Assembly: GCA_964016885.1 (NCBI GenBank)
Contig: CAXHJY010001492.1
Span: 1 to 64,000 of the forward strand
DNA from: Eledone cirrhosa
Taxonomy: Eukaryota
Length of the DNA: 64,000 bases
Direction: 5' to 3'
Part shown: positions 31,344-45,727 of the stretch, piece after piece
Layout: the number at the start of each line of letters is the position of its first letter
How positions within the stretch are numbered: position 1 is the first letter of the stretch
Program-made: the position numbers and the translations under genes
Notes under the pieces: model-generated
Databases searched by the model: none
What the model saw: only the letters and a program-made list of their open reading frames with translations
Told to the model about the DNA's origin: nothing

Positions 31344-31549
31344 ATATATATATATGTATATGTCATTCGACTTTCAACTTAATATTATATATATATAAAT
31401 ATATATGAATATGTATATATACCAATGCTCACTATGAAACTACTAGCACCATGACGTTCGATTAAAACCGTATTATATGTTTTAAGAATAGACATGACAG
31501 ACACAGGGATGTTAGATGTCCTTCTCCGGGAAAAGGACAGTTCGGAGGA

Positions 31550-31616
<67 letters not shown>

Positions 31617-31621
<5 letters not shown>

Positions 31622-31790
31622 AACAATACAATATAATTACCTCATTACCAGAGGTTTCCCGAATAAGACGAATGGTAATGAGGTAATTATATTGTATTGT
31701 TTATTATACATTACATTTAGCTCTGGTACTTACATAGAGCACTCTTCACTCCTATGACTTTTTCAATTTTCAACGGAAACTTCAATACTT
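31617..31790 (+). mobile_element. (TA)n-flanked fold-back insertion with about 35 bp arms and a hammerhead 3' half at the junction
   Basis: Arms about 31617-31650 and 31673-31707. The minus strand across the spacer reads GAAA-CC TCT GG-TA-ATGAGG. The tail has GAGCACTCT and ends AAACTTCAATACT. Confidence 0.7.
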
Positions 31791-32267
31791 ATATATATAT
31801 ATATATAAATATATATTACATTGTATATATTACATTGTACATTATGCATTTTGTGAAAATCTTTGATACATAAAAAAATTGATACCTATGTAGATAGATG
31901 GATCGATAGATAAATGAATGGATACATTTTAATGATATATATTTTATTTGCATCTATATACTATCAATGGCAGCTTATTTTCTCTGAAATATACTATATA
32001 TACTATATATATATATATATTGTAATTATGTTATATATGGTGTGAGTTGTTCCCCGTCAACGTGGGAGTGTCTATGATGGTGTTTGTTGATTTGTCCATA
32101 TCTATCTGGTTTTATCCAACTTTGACAAAATATTGAGGAAAAAATTATTCCTGGTTTAAAATATCCAAATTACAAAAATAATGGAAAATCTGAAACATTC
32201 TGAATCCTACACATTTCTGTTTATTTTTTTATTTTAGCCATTTATATTATATTTTCTTCTTTCTTTC

Positions 32268-32303
<36 letters not shown>

Positions 32304-32485
32304 TTGTGCACAATCGAAATTTCAGATCAAATAAAAAATAAGGATTAACTGAAAAATGTGTAACATATTTTATATATGTAAACACCTTCACATTATATAT
32401 ATATATATATATATATTCGTACGTGTACATACATGTATAAATATATACACACATATATATATTCGTACGTATACATGCATGTATG

Positions 32486-32534
<49 letters not shown>

Positions 32535-32733
32535 GAATATATATGCTTATATGTATACATATAAATGTATATGCTTATGTGTATAGATATAAATACATAT
32601 ATAGTCATATATATATATATATATATGTGTGTATGTATATATATATATATATGCTTGTATGCATAAATATAAATATATATGCTTATATGTATAGATATAA
32701 ATACATATATAGTCATATATATATATGTGTATG

Positions 32734-32799
<66 letters not shown>

Positions 32800-33142
32800 T
32801 TGTTACCAATTTTGACCTATATAATAACCTTTGTGAAAGAGAATTTCTTGTTAATCTCCATTTTTTCACATTGATACCTTGTGTAATAACTCGTCTTGTT
32901 GTTGTAGTGTTGTTGTTGTTGCAGTAGTATTGCTGTTGTTGTTGTTGTAGTATTGTTGTTGCAGTAGTATTGCTGTTGTTGTTGTTATGGTGAGCTTTCT
33001 ATAGCAGACGCCAATACAAATTGACAGTTTCATTAACATGTAACACATATTCCAGTATTGCTTCATTTTTATAATTTTACTCCTTATTATACACACATGT
33101 ACTATATGATATGTATATATATAATAATATACTGTAGTTTGC

Positions 33143-33183
<41 letters not shown>

Positions 33184-33280
33184 ATCCTTATATGAATATG
33201 TTTATTTATTTCATTTATTTGCTGGTGCCATGAACAATTCAGTAATGGGAGACAATGCATTCATACTGTGTATATATATG

Positions 33281-33315
<35 letters not shown>

Positions 33316-33519
33316 GTGTGTGTGTGTGTGTAAAAATATTAAAGAGAAATAACAAATAAATGATACAGTACAATGTAGAAATATATTAGTTTAACGTTTG
33401 AAATAATAGGAAAAGTCTCAATAATAATAATAATAATTGTTTCTACTCTAGGTACAAGGCCAACAATTTGAAGGGGAGGTGAATGTCGACTAGATCGACC
33501 ACAGTGCATGACTGGTACT

Positions 33520-33890
33520 AACCAAGTACAAACCTGCTTCATGGTCGAGTAGTCGGTGACTAAACCCCCACCCCACCAGACCCGTCTGGTGAGGAGGGTA
33601 ATTGAAACCCCAGCAGCACAAAATGAAACAAGAGTTGTAAAAAGGGCAAGTGAGCTCCCCAGAGTCAACGGCAATCCACTCCAACTATGGTTTAGAAAAG
33701 CTTCACCGTACAGCTGCGCCCTAACATGACCAAAATCAGACAAAGTGGTGGAGGTCAACTAGAGAGGGATTCCTCCAACAGGAGTGAGAAGGCCCTGGAG
33801 GTCAACTAGGGAGGGGGTTCCTCCAACAGGAGTGAGGAGGCCCTGGAGGTCAACTAGGGAGAGGGTTCCTCCAACAGGAGTGAGGAGGCT
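33520..33890 (+). mobile_element. Family D dispersed repeat (probable non-LTR retrotransposon 5' region), ending in three 48 bp tandem units
   Basis: Homologous to the reverse complements of 37500-37720 and 52850-53030. Unit: ggaggtcaactagggagggggttcctccaacaggagtgaggaggccct. Confidence 0.7.
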
Positions 33891-34171
33891 TTGGTTTGGT
33901 TTGAAACACCGTTTATTGTATATTTCATGTGACAAATGGACAAGGAATTGGCAAATACCATTTTTACTTCTAATCATGGTTTCTATTTCTTGTATATTCC
34001 TCCATCGAGCACAGATCTTGACAAGGAACATTTATAAATTTGTTGGCACCGATTTCCTGCCAATCCATGCGTTCTAGATTTTCAGACAACGTACACTTAA
34101 CAGCTCGAACATTTCTGACTTAATATATATATTTCAATATATATATATATATTTTAATAATATATATATAT

Positions 34172-34202
<31 letters not shown>

Positions 34203-34690
34203 TATAATATATAAATATATATGTATATGTGTGTGTTTATGTATGATTGTATGTATATATATATATATATTAGCTGCTATTTACTCTCAAATGCTTCTAA
34301 TTATCAGGGGTCACATACATTTAGATAATGTAGCATTAATCGCAGTTGTTGGCTTCTGGATTTATTATAGCCCTTTACATTTAATCATAGTTTCCAAGTG
34401 TCCAGTGTCCATCTGTGGTCAGTCGGTCTTGTTTGGAGAGAAAAAAAGGGGTAGACTAATTTGGGCGATGTTTTCCGTTTATGTCGATCAATCTCGTTCG
34501 CGTCTGATTGTTATTGAGCGGTAATTGTTACACAGTACATTAGCGCATTCAATATCCATAAATCAGGATCTTCCTCCTTAGCTAAGTGTTCATTAGCCAC
34601 ATGATCGATCGTTGATAACAGCAAATCGACATGTTTCCCACTGACTTTTGTTGTAAACGGTTCTCCAGAGGCAAACTCTAAAAGAAAGTA
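33890..34690 (-). pseudogene. Possible R4/Dong-like LINE ORF remnant
   Basis: Minus-strand pieces DLWILNALMYCVTIT and IYNKRCFKPNQ resemble pre-RT motifs of R4/Dong elements. Stops and a (TA)n insertion are present. Confidence 0.35.
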
Positions 34691-35329
34691 GGTTTTTCTA
34701 TAAATTTCTCTCTGCCTTTAGACTGAAGGTGTTTTACACCCATCACTGATTTCTATAAATTGTAAACGGTATACATGCCTTTAATGTCACCGGATGTATC
34801 TTATGGTTGTTGGTGTTACTGTTGTTACCTGCACTGCTGCTCTTGCCGTTGATGTAGTTGTTGTTACTGTTGTTGTTGCTCTTGATACTGTTGTAGTTGT
34901 TGCTGCTTGTGCTACAGTTGTTGCTCTCTTGCTGTTGTTGCTATTCTTACTTCCAATGTTATTTCTATATATTTACTTGTTTCTTCTTCTAGTTTATTTG
35001 TTCGTTTCTTTCTATTCCTATGTTTATGTTATTACTATTGAAAGTGTGTTGCTGTGATCCGTGCTTTTCTGGTACATCCAGGATTGTTGTTTTCTGAAGG
35101 GAAATTCAATTGTGTCGTCTCTTTATGTTCGTCCATGTTTAATTCTACTGGAGTCAAGTTGGTTTCATTGCTCCCCCGTCTCTTGTTTTTGTGAATTGAT
35201 ATTTCTAATTGCTATTGTTGAATGCCTAGAATAATGTTACACATGTATGTAAGTATGTAAGTGTCTATGTATGTGTCTATGTACATATACATACATATAC
35301 CTACATAAACATATAACATTATATCCATA

Positions 35330-35440
35330 CTTGACTTGATCTTTATTTATCAACCTCGAATGACAGGGATTGACCCCAGAGAACAAAGTCGGAAATAATA
35401 ACGCAAAACAACGTTCTAACAACTCTGCCAATTCACCGTC
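35330..35440 (-). mobile_element. SINE S1, diverged
   Basis: tttatcaacctc...gttctaacaactctgccaattcaccg is the S1 5' head on the minus strand. Confidence 0.65.
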
Positions 35441-35617
35441 TATAGTTACATAGTTATAGAATAGAATTAGAATTTAGCTTCGCGCATAGATGTATACAGA
35501 TATGTATTGGTATTTCGTATTTCTAAAGAAATACGGTATGTTTATAGATAAACATTTAGAAAGCCGTAGCTATGCAAAAGTACTGGCGGCTATTACCACC
35601 TGGCGGTGAACAACAGA

Positions 35618-35690
35618 TGCAAGGGGGACAATCGTCGATGCATTTCGAACTGAACTGGTTCTCATCAGCACGATCGCTCCCGCTCTTGCA
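35618..35690 (-). ncRNA. Type I hammerhead ribozyme motif with palindromic stem III (AUGCAU)
   Basis: Minus strand: TGCAAGAGCGGGAGCGATCGTG-CTGATGA-GAAC CAGTTCA GTTC-GAAA-TGCA-TC-GACGATTGTCCCCCTTGCA. Confidence 0.8.
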
Positions 35691-36595
35691 ACTAGTTATA
35701 TACTAAATGATAGAATATTTAAAACTATTTTGACATATTTCTATACAGTTTCATTTCATGTTAGATGTCCTGATTTAGTAAGAAAAACTAATTCTTCATG
35801 TGTAAAGTATAATGGATTTTTTTAAAAGGGAAATAAGTGCAGCAATGGTCACATTTACAAACAAGGACCTACATAATAACCACCGATATCAATCACAACA
35901 TGGGCGGCTTTCTTTTCTTTAACTTTCGTTCTTGAAGACATTGTCGGATCTTTTACTTGTATATTTGTTAAAGTTTCCCTAGGGAACATAACACTAATAC
36001 ATACTGTGTTAAAATATATGTATTTAGTATACCTAAGAAGATTATATATATATATATCTATATATATATCTATGTGTGTATGTATGTATGTGTATACACA
36101 CACATATATATATATATATACACATACAGGAACGCACATTTAAATATATCTGTGTTTACGTATTTATATGCCAACAGTTTTGTGTATAATTATACATATC
36201 TATATATACATATATTACATGTATTTTATACATGTATACACACACACACACACACACACACATCTATATATATATATTCATAAATTCTGACATATCTACA
36301 TTCATATGTCTATGTCTATATTTGCATATCCTAATACATAACTCCTGTGGCTTGCTAAATTCAGGTTTGCTATATGCCTTTATAATCTACATTCTAAGTG
36401 ATACGGAGCTATAGGCCGAACAGAATACCTAACAGATGTGATCATTTAAACCAACAATGGCTGCCAATATATTTAACAGGCTATTTATTACACACTATGA
36501 TGTTTTCATCAGTACTATCTTCATCTTTCTTGTTCTTTAAATACTTTTCTCCACCCCGTTCTATTCCACTCTCCACCATTACAGAAGTACAAATA

Positions 36596-36642
<47 letters not shown>

Positions 36643-37051
36643 GAGTGTATGTACCTGGAGTCATGCAGGCATGCCTAGGTAATAGCAGATTGAAATATTT
36701 ACACACATGCACGCACACACACATTCACACACAAACACACACATAATCGAGTCGTTACTGGGCATCTTGGCAGGCTCATTCATACATCATAAATAAATAT
36801 ATATATATATATACACAGACACACACACACATTCATATTTAGCTCTATATAGAGAAGCCAATACAACCCGGAAGAATTTCTCTAACTCTTACTTCAGCGT
36901 TCAGGAGTACTTAGCTTTGTAACATTATGATGTATTTCAAAGTTTGTAATGAGCCAGATAACGACGCTAGGAAGTATGGTGATGATGATGGTGATGATGA
37001 TGGTGGTGCCAGAGAGAGGGTTGGAATTTGTATAAGACCTAGTGAAAACAG

Positions 37052-37207
<156 letters not shown>

Positions 37208-37499
37208 GTCTGCTGTAATAATACCGAGGAGACCACTAATCAAGGGAGTAATTAATGTATTGGTAGATGCAGAGTGGGTATATATATGTCACAGAAAAAA
37301 GAGGATCAGTGTTGCGACGAAAGGAATTTATTGAACATATTACAATTGTTTTTCGGGCGACCATATATATATATGTATATATGGTGTGTATATAAAACTA
37401 GGGCCTCAGTTTTGACCCTAGAAGACAATAGGGAGGAACATGTAAAAGACTTAAGATAATACATATATACACCCCTAGGAATCCTCCAGGAGATCCAAT

Positions 37500-37720
37500 C
37501 CACTTCAGGTCCTTCCCACTCCTGTTGGGGGAACCCCTCCTTGGTTGACCCCTGACACTTTATCTCTGATTTCCCTCATGTCACTTGTTTATCCAACTGC
37601 GGCTTAGTGAGGTCATTTAACCCATAGTTGGGGTCGATGGTCGTTGATTCAAATGGGTTCGCTCTTCCCTTTTAACAGCTCTTGTTTTTTGTGCCACTGG
37701 GGGTTTTTTTCTGCCCACAA
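37500..37720 (-). mobile_element. Family D fragment
   Basis: cactcctgttgggggaacccctccttggttgacc is the reverse complement of the 48 bp unit, present once here. Confidence 0.7.
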
Positions 37721-38049
37721 AAGTTACTGGTAAAATAATATAATAATAATAATCTTATTGACAAAAGCCATGATAACCTAGACCGGAATTACAAGCATTC
37801 TTGTGTTCTTGGGATTCATATCTTCACGATCGTTCTTGGAGTGTTTCACCTTCATCTTATTATATTTCTTGTTGCTATTGTTGGTGGTGGTGCTGTTGTG
37901 GTTACTGCTGCTGTTGTTGTTTGTGTTCCTGTTGCACTTGAATTTTTATTGTTGCTTTTAGTCATCCTTGTTAGTGTTGGTATGCTTATTCTTCAGTCAT
38001 CATCACCATCACCATCATTTCACCTTGTACTTTACACACACACGTACAC

Positions 38050-38117
<68 letters not shown>

Positions 38118-38574
38118 CATACAGAGAAAGACATGCGTACACAATCACACACACATAAAATATACACAGAGATTCACCCAGAAATACATACATATACACA
38201 ACTACACACACACAACAAGATACACACACCTTCTCAAAAAAAGCCGCTCTCCATCTACACGAGACGTTTTGGTATTCAAGAAATGAAACTCCTAATTCAA
38301 CTTTCTGCAACGTTCCTCCATTTTTTTCATAACCTTTCTTTCTTTATTCACACCTTCCTTTCTTTCTTTAGTCATACATTCTTCCTTCCTTCCTTTCGTT
38401 CCTTCTTTCTTTCTTTATTTATTTCTACCTTCATTTTGTTTTATAATTATCTATTTATTTATTTCTTCCCTCTTTTTATTCGTTCGTTATTTCTTCCTTC
38501 ATTGATGCCTTCCTTCTCTCTTTCATCATATGTTTACCCTCCTACATGTCTTCCTGTTATATTTATTGTTACAC

Positions 38575-38770
38575 GGGCAGAATCGGTAGAGCATCGGGCA
38601 AAGAGATTTGTAGTATTTCTTTTAAATCTTTATGTTGAGATCAAATCCCGTCTAAGTCAACTTTGCCTTTCATTCTACCGGGGTCCAATAATAAAATACC
38701 AGTAATGTACTGAGGTCAATTGACGTTCCACATCTCCCCAAATTACTGACATTGAACATAAATTAGAGAA
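38575..38770 (+). mobile_element. SINE S1, near full length
   Basis: ggcagaatcggtagagc (A-box), gagatcaaatcccg (B-box), gcctttcattc...taccagtaatgtactg. Confidence 0.8.
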
Positions 38771-38789
38771 TATAGTTTGTAGATTGTCC

Positions 38790-38914
38790 GAATTGGTAGA
38801 ATAAAGCAACATGAAACGACATGTGTTGCTGAAGGATATAACGGAACACCGGGTCCAGGAATCGAATTCGCAATTCCAAATCCAATTCTCTAACCACTAA
38901 GCTACATACTTCCC
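38790..38914 (-). mobile_element. tRNA-derived SINE (family S2) fragment
   Basis: Minus strand reads ggaagtatgtagcttagtggttagagaattgg...attcgattcctggacccggtg, like the 54373 copy. Confidence 0.65.
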
Positions 38915-39293
38915 ATTTCTTTCCTTTAATACATGCACCAATTCTGACAAAGGAATACTCTATCCGCACTTAATATATCAAAACTTCCAATACTTCTTAT
39001 GTAAGAAATCGATATGACACATTAAGGAATACCAACCACGATGACTATCCGTTCAGTAAAACTACAATATAGTTCGTTAAGTTACTTTAACGAACCTCAT
39101 CAACAGTTTCTTAGTCATTGTTCAGCTTCTGTATACTTCTTATCCAGATATAGATAGAGGTTTTTTTACAACAATATATATCACAGCATGTACATGTTCG
39201 TTTTCTAATCCTGTCTCGCCTGTTTATCGTGTGTAGACCACAGTGAATCATACATAAACATATCTACAAACATGCTTGTTTGCGTATGTGTTA

Positions 39294-39390
<97 letters not shown>

Positions 39391-39642
39391 TATATATAAT
39401 ATATATATATATATATAATATATATATATATATATTACTCTTTTACCTGTTCCAGCCATCCGGCCAAGGCCATGCTGGGGCACAGTGTTTCTACAGTGAG
39501 AAATATATTGGATGAAGTAAATAAAGCAATATTACGTATATATAAAGAAAAACAAGTAGGAATGTTACTAGATAACACCCTCCCACCATATATACACACA
39601 CATATATATATATACTGTATACATACATATATATATATATAC

Positions 39643-39832
39643 AGAAGTGGTTACACAACAGTTAGTTCACCATACCGAGAACAATTGTTTCACCTTAGCG
39701 GATCTTCCTGCGAAGGTGAAACAATTGTTCTCGGTATGGTGAACTAACTGTTGTGTAACCACTTCTACCTAACTCGTCCCTTGGACTGAGTGCTCTACCA
39801 CTTCGGATATTACCTTCCAGTGTTCTACCACT
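39643..39832 (+). mobile_element. (TA)n-flanked fold-back insertion with perfect 54 bp arms and a truncated hammerhead
   Basis: Arms 39643-39696 and 39713-39766. The minus arm reads GAAGA-TCC GCTA AGGT-GAAA-CAATTG-TT. The tail has GAGTGCTCT. Confidence 0.75.
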
Positions 39833-39837
39833 ATGTG

Positions 39838-39875
<38 letters not shown>

Positions 39876-39895
39876 TATATATATGTATATATATG

Positions 39896-39948
<53 letters not shown>

Positions 39949-40052
39949 CAGGGACTGAACTTGAAGGTGGCAGTATGAAACGCTACCGTTCGTCACAGCT
40001 AACAATAAAAGGGCTACGGGTAAAGTATATATACATACGTAAACATACATTC

Positions 40053-40113
<61 letters not shown>

Positions 40114-41038
40114 TAGATATTTAATTTTTAACTCGGTTGTCGGCAGAGTTTCCTTCTGACAAGGTTAATGTGAAACCGAATTCTATAAAAATACTTAAGG
40201 TGCCGTGGAGCGGGATGGAACCTAGAGTCCGGTAGTTCTGAAGGGGAATTTGTTAACGATGGCGCCATGCCGGCAGAAATATATAGAATTACTACATCAA
40301 GGGAAGGGTCGAAAATTTGCATTGATTGTTCGTGAAAAACTCTTTGTGACACATCGAGGGATGAGTAGACCAAGGAAGAAGCGACCTTGTTTTATACCAT
40401 TGATAGACAAGTACACAATATTAGGAGGCTGGGCGTGTGTGTGTGTGTGTGTGTAGTGTGTGTGTGTGTATGTGCATGGGTGTGTGTGTGTCTGCGAATC
40501 TACGAGTCGGGTTTGTGTGGTTATATGCAAGAGGGTGAGGGGTTGTGTGGAAAACTTGGCTATCATCCGGATGAGGTGCGTGGTAGAGGATTTCACTGGA
40601 AGACGTAAACATACATATATGTATGATGGACTAACCAAATGATTCATCCTAGCATTTGAATTATGGTTATTAGCATTTGCTATATATATATAAGTGTATA
40701 TGCAAGTATGTATATATTTCAGTGTGTATATTGGTGTGTGTGTGTTAGTGTGTGTGTGTGTGGGGGGGGGGGGATAAGACTATAACCCTCTGTGTCCATG
40801 CTTGAAAATGTGAAAAATATGAAGACAATACTAGAAATCCACCAACAGTCGTGTGCGGATGTTTGCACATTGAATCACAAAACCACATGGTCTTATAAAT
40901 GCTTCTACTAGCATTCTCATAGAAATATAAAATTTGCAAACAAATAATACACACACACAATATATATATACATATATATATATAAATATATATATATATA
41001 TCATAATTCAATCCAAATATTCCTTAAATGTTTCAAAA

Positions 41039-41115
41039 CTCACAATACGCATTTCTATGGCTTGCCTACGTCCTCTGATCAAGATGCAAGATATGGCAAC
41101 GTCATCAGGTGTAAA
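41039..41115 (-). ncRNA. Hammerhead-like motif, diverged
   Basis: Minus strand: TTTACAC-CTGATGA-[CGTTGCC...GGCAAGCCATA]-GAAA-TGCG-TA-TTGTGAG. The island lies between (TA)n tracts. Confidence 0.55.
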
Positions 41116-41134
41116 TTACAAACAGAAAGTAATG

Positions 41135-41165
<31 letters not shown>

Positions 41166-41231
41166 ACACTTGATGATAAATCTGTGAGAACGAAGTATAC
41201 AGAGGTAAGATAGAACTAGACTATATGGGTG

Positions 41232-41435
41232 GGTGGTGTGGTGTGGTGTGGTGCGGAGTGGAGTGGAGTGGAGTGGAGTGGAGTGGAGTGGAGTGGAGTG
41301 GAGTGGAGTGGAGTGGAGTGGAGTGGAGTGATGTGGTGTGGTGTGGTGTGGTGTGGTGTGGTGTGGTGTGGTGTGGTGTGGTGTGGTGTGGTGTGGTGTG
41401 GTGTGGTGTGGTGTGATGTGGTGTAGTGTGGTGTG
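41232..41435. repeat. Pentanucleotide repeats (GGAGT)n and (GGTGT)n
   Basis: Directly visible. Confidence 0.95.
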
Positions 41436-41522
41436 GGGTAAAGAACCCAAAATGCATCGTTTGGAGCGTGTAATTTGAAATGTTTAAAATACGTGACTTT
41501 CATATTTCATATAACTTCATAT

Positions 41523-42052
41523 AACAGAAATACATACATACAGACACACATGCAGACATACACATACAGAAATATACATACAAACACACACATACAGAAA
41601 TATACATACAAACACACACATACAGAAATATACATACAAACATACATACAGAAATACATACAGGAATACACACATAGAAATACACACATACAGACACACA
41701 CATACAGACACACACATACAGACACATACATACATACACACACATACAGAAATATACACAGAAACACACATACTCGCACACACATACAGAAATACATACA
41801 GGAATAAACACATAGAAATACACACATACAGACACACATATACAGAAATATACACACAAACACACACATACTCGCACACACATACAGAAATACATGCATA
41901 CAGACACATACATACAGAAATACATACATACAGACATACATAGACACACACATACAGACACATACATACATACAGACACACACATACAGAAATATACATA
42001 CAAACATACATATCGCACACACATACAGAAATAAACACATACAAACACATAC
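41523..42052. repeat. Degenerate CA-rich satellite with recurring CATACAGAAATA
   Basis: Directly visible. Confidence 0.9.
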
Positions 42053-42393
42053 ATTTATCTATATGCTTGTGTGTCAATCTCTCGCTCTCCCTATTTCACT
42101 CTCTACATAAATAGACACATATATACATATACACATAGACATACATATATATATACATACATACACATACATATATTTATATAGATATATGTGTAAATAT
42201 ACATATATACAAACATATATATACGTATATATATTTATATAGATATATAAGTAAATATACATACAAACATATATACATACATACACACACACACATACAT
42301 ACATATACATACATACACATACATACATACATACATACATACATACATACACACATACATACACATACATACATTTATATAGATAGATAAGTG

Positions 42394-42425
<32 letters not shown>

Positions 42426-42848
42426 TATATACTCGCACACTTTTCAGTTATGCTTTCTCTCTTCACATTATTGTTATCCGTATTATTATGTTGTAGCCCC
42501 TATCCACAACCTACTGGGATTTATTCTCCTTAGCCTCACCTTCCATTTTTTATACTTTATCCTTTACTGAAGTCTTTTCAGTTTTGACGTCATTAACGGC
42601 GTTCCTTTTAGCGTCAATTTATTTTCATATTTTGGTGTTTAAAATATAGAAAGCTCTTTGCCATTCAGCATTATTATAATTTATTTTACTATGTCTTGCG
42701 TCGTGTTGTGTTGTTGTTGTGTTGTGTGTTGTGTTGTTGTTCTGTTGTTCTGTTGTGTGTTGTGTTGTGTGTTGTGTTGTGTGTGGTGGTTGTTGCATCT
42801 TTCGTTTTGTTTGGGATTTTTATCCATATCTTGATTTATATATATATA

Positions 42849-42922
<74 letters not shown>

Positions 42923-42993
42923 GGGGATGTGGTAGAGGAGGGAGAGATTCAGTTTGTTGTAGTTTGGAGTTTGGTTCATTTTACATATTTCCT

Positions 42994-43046
<53 letters not shown>

Positions 43047-43180
43047 GTATATATATATATATATAAACATATATATATATACACATTTTTTTTATACACT
43101 CACATATATACATATGTATATTTCTATACACATACATAAATACATACATACATACATACATACATACATACATACATACA

Positions 43181-43241
<61 letters not shown>

Positions 43242-43648
43242 ATAAAAGTGAGTACGTGTGTTGGAAAGATTTTAGCACATTTGTGGCGGTTTGAAATGAA
43301 GTTTTGTTAAAGGAACAGCAAAAAGGAAAAATAACAAAGAAGGATGAAAGAAAGGAAAAAAGAAAGAAAAGAGACAGAAATGCAAGAAGAAAATCAAAGA
43401 AATAAGTAAATAAGTAAAGAAGGAATAAATTGAAAGAAAGCTATTTTACTTAAGATTGCAGACGATAGTCCCAAACGCTATAAAATCTAAATCAAAACTT
43501 GTTTTTTTTTTCAACATAGAACTTAAATTGTACACAAATACGGACTAGTTACATATACACACAATAGTAAGAGAGAGATACAGAGAGAGAGGATTACTAT
43601 ACACACACACAATATATATATTACTATATATATATATATATATATTAC

Positions 43649-43707
<59 letters not shown>

Positions 43708-44034
43708 CATTGTTTAATCTTCGATATTTCACTCACGAAGCTGGTGATCAGCACATTCTCATTTATATAAGTGTTTTACACACTCACACATATATGCAGG
43801 CACACAAACACAAACACACACATATGCAGGCACACAAACACAAACACACATATATGCAGGCACACGCACACAAACACACATATATGCAGGCACACAAACA
43901 CACTCACACATGTATATGATCATTTATATATATGAATACATAAAAAGTATGGACGAATAAAATAAAGTACCAGTGATGGTTCGGAGTGATCCACCTTCTC
44001 CTCCAGATTTCTTGACCTTCTGCCTAAAAGAGAA

Positions 44035-44233
44035 GGGCGGTGAATTGGCAGTATCGGTAGAGGGTCGGACGCCATGCTTTGACGCAAAGAGTTACGGCCC
44101 TTGCCATTCTGAGTTCAAATCCCGCCGAGGTTAACTTTGCCTTTCATCCTTACGGGGTCGATAAAATAAAGTACCAGTAATGTACTGGGTAATTGCTGGC
44201 CTTGTGCCAATAGTAGAAACAATTATTATTATT
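44035..44233 (+). mobile_element. SINE S1, best full-length copy
   Basis: A-box tggcagtatcgg and B-box gagttcaaatccc. Central gcctttcatccttacggggtcgataaaataaagtaccag resembles a Meta-type SINE domain. (ATT)n tail. Confidence 0.88.
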
Positions 44234-44280
44234 AACTTTATTATTAGAAAATAAGTTCCGCTTCGAATTATATATATATT

Positions 44281-44545
44281 CATCATCATCATCATTATCA
44301 TCATTTTACGCCCACTTTTCACTGCTTGCAAGGGTGGGACGGGTCCTATTCAGCACAGCATCTCCCCACTTATCACGGTCCTTCGTCATCTCCTCCGTAA
44401 GCCTCAGCGATCTGAGGTCCGCTCTCACCACCTCCGCCCATGTTTTTCGTGGTCTTCCTTCAACTGGCATTTCTTGGCACATCTTCACCCATCCATCGGT
44501 CATCCTCGATGCGCATCACATGTCCATACCATCGCAGTCTCCCGC
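44281..44545 (-). mobile_element. RTE-clade LINE 3' end
   Basis: Minus strand encodes RLRWYGHVMRIEDDRW (frameshift) ...GRPRKTW...DRDKW, followed by an (ATG)n tail. Confidence 0.85.
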
Positions 44546-44574
44546 ACACAATTTATCCCTAATTTAATGTGTAA

Positions 44575-44627
44575 AGGCTTCTACAGGACTAGAACTGTTT
44601 CATTCCGGAGAAATCATCAGGAAGTCT
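44575..44627 (-). ncRNA. Family C type I hammerhead with canonical core
   Basis: Minus strand: AGACTTC-CTGATGA-T TTC TCCG GAA T-GAAA-CAG TTCTAGTC CTG-TA-GAAGCCT. Confidence 0.8.
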
Positions 44628-45101
44628 TGAAGATTTCTCCGGAATTCTCAGGAATACAGTGTTGGCATTTGTATATCTGGGAGGTTATTGTTGTATGGTT
44701 TTCATTATTATTTCTGGCCCTCACTTAACTGTGAAGGCAACTCTTTGCTTTGCTAACGTCCCCTCTTTAAAGGTAGGGCAAACAAATTCATACCATCAAT
44801 GCATAACTTAACTACATACCACACATTGGCCCGCAACTAAGAAAGGGTGTAAAAAAAAGTTTTATGTTGCTCAGTACTTAATAATTCAGGAGAAAAGGGA
44901 AAAGAAACACTTGGCGTATAGTTTTTATATGTATTTTATAATATTTAGATATTTGGCAATATATTTACAGGGGTTTGTTTAACAGGGGAAGGTGTCTGCT
45001 TGTATTATGTGTTGCCCTCGCTTCCTCCTTCCTACTCTCTGTAACAAGACTTACTTGCAAGATTAGAGAAGATACATTTCCTTTTTTTATTACAGAGAGA
45101 G

Positions 45102-45307
<206 letters not shown>

Positions 45308-45572
45308 CACACACACACACATATATATACGTATGCAATTACATAGTTCTCAAAATTATATTACCTACTTTTCCAGTTACTCTTACTATTAGCACTAACA
45401 CTACACGTGGGTACTATTGCTACAATGCCTAACCCTCACATAGGGACAACCACCTCCACTACCACCAACACCACACTCCATCATCCTCTGCATGAAATAT
45501 CTAACAAAATATGCATAACGTCTCGCAAATATGTGTGGCTTGTCACAGTTTTAGTGCATATGTGTTTGCATG

Positions 45573-45642
<70 letters not shown>

Positions 45643-45675
45643 TAACAGATTAAAGTTTAAGCGAAGTATCGCTGC

Positions 45676-45724
<49 letters not shown>

Positions 45725-45727
<3 letters not shown>

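Noticed and set aside
39945-40025. (TA)n-flanked island with ttgaagg...gaaacgctaccgttc
   Set aside because: The hammerhead register is ambiguous and the core too divergent to call.
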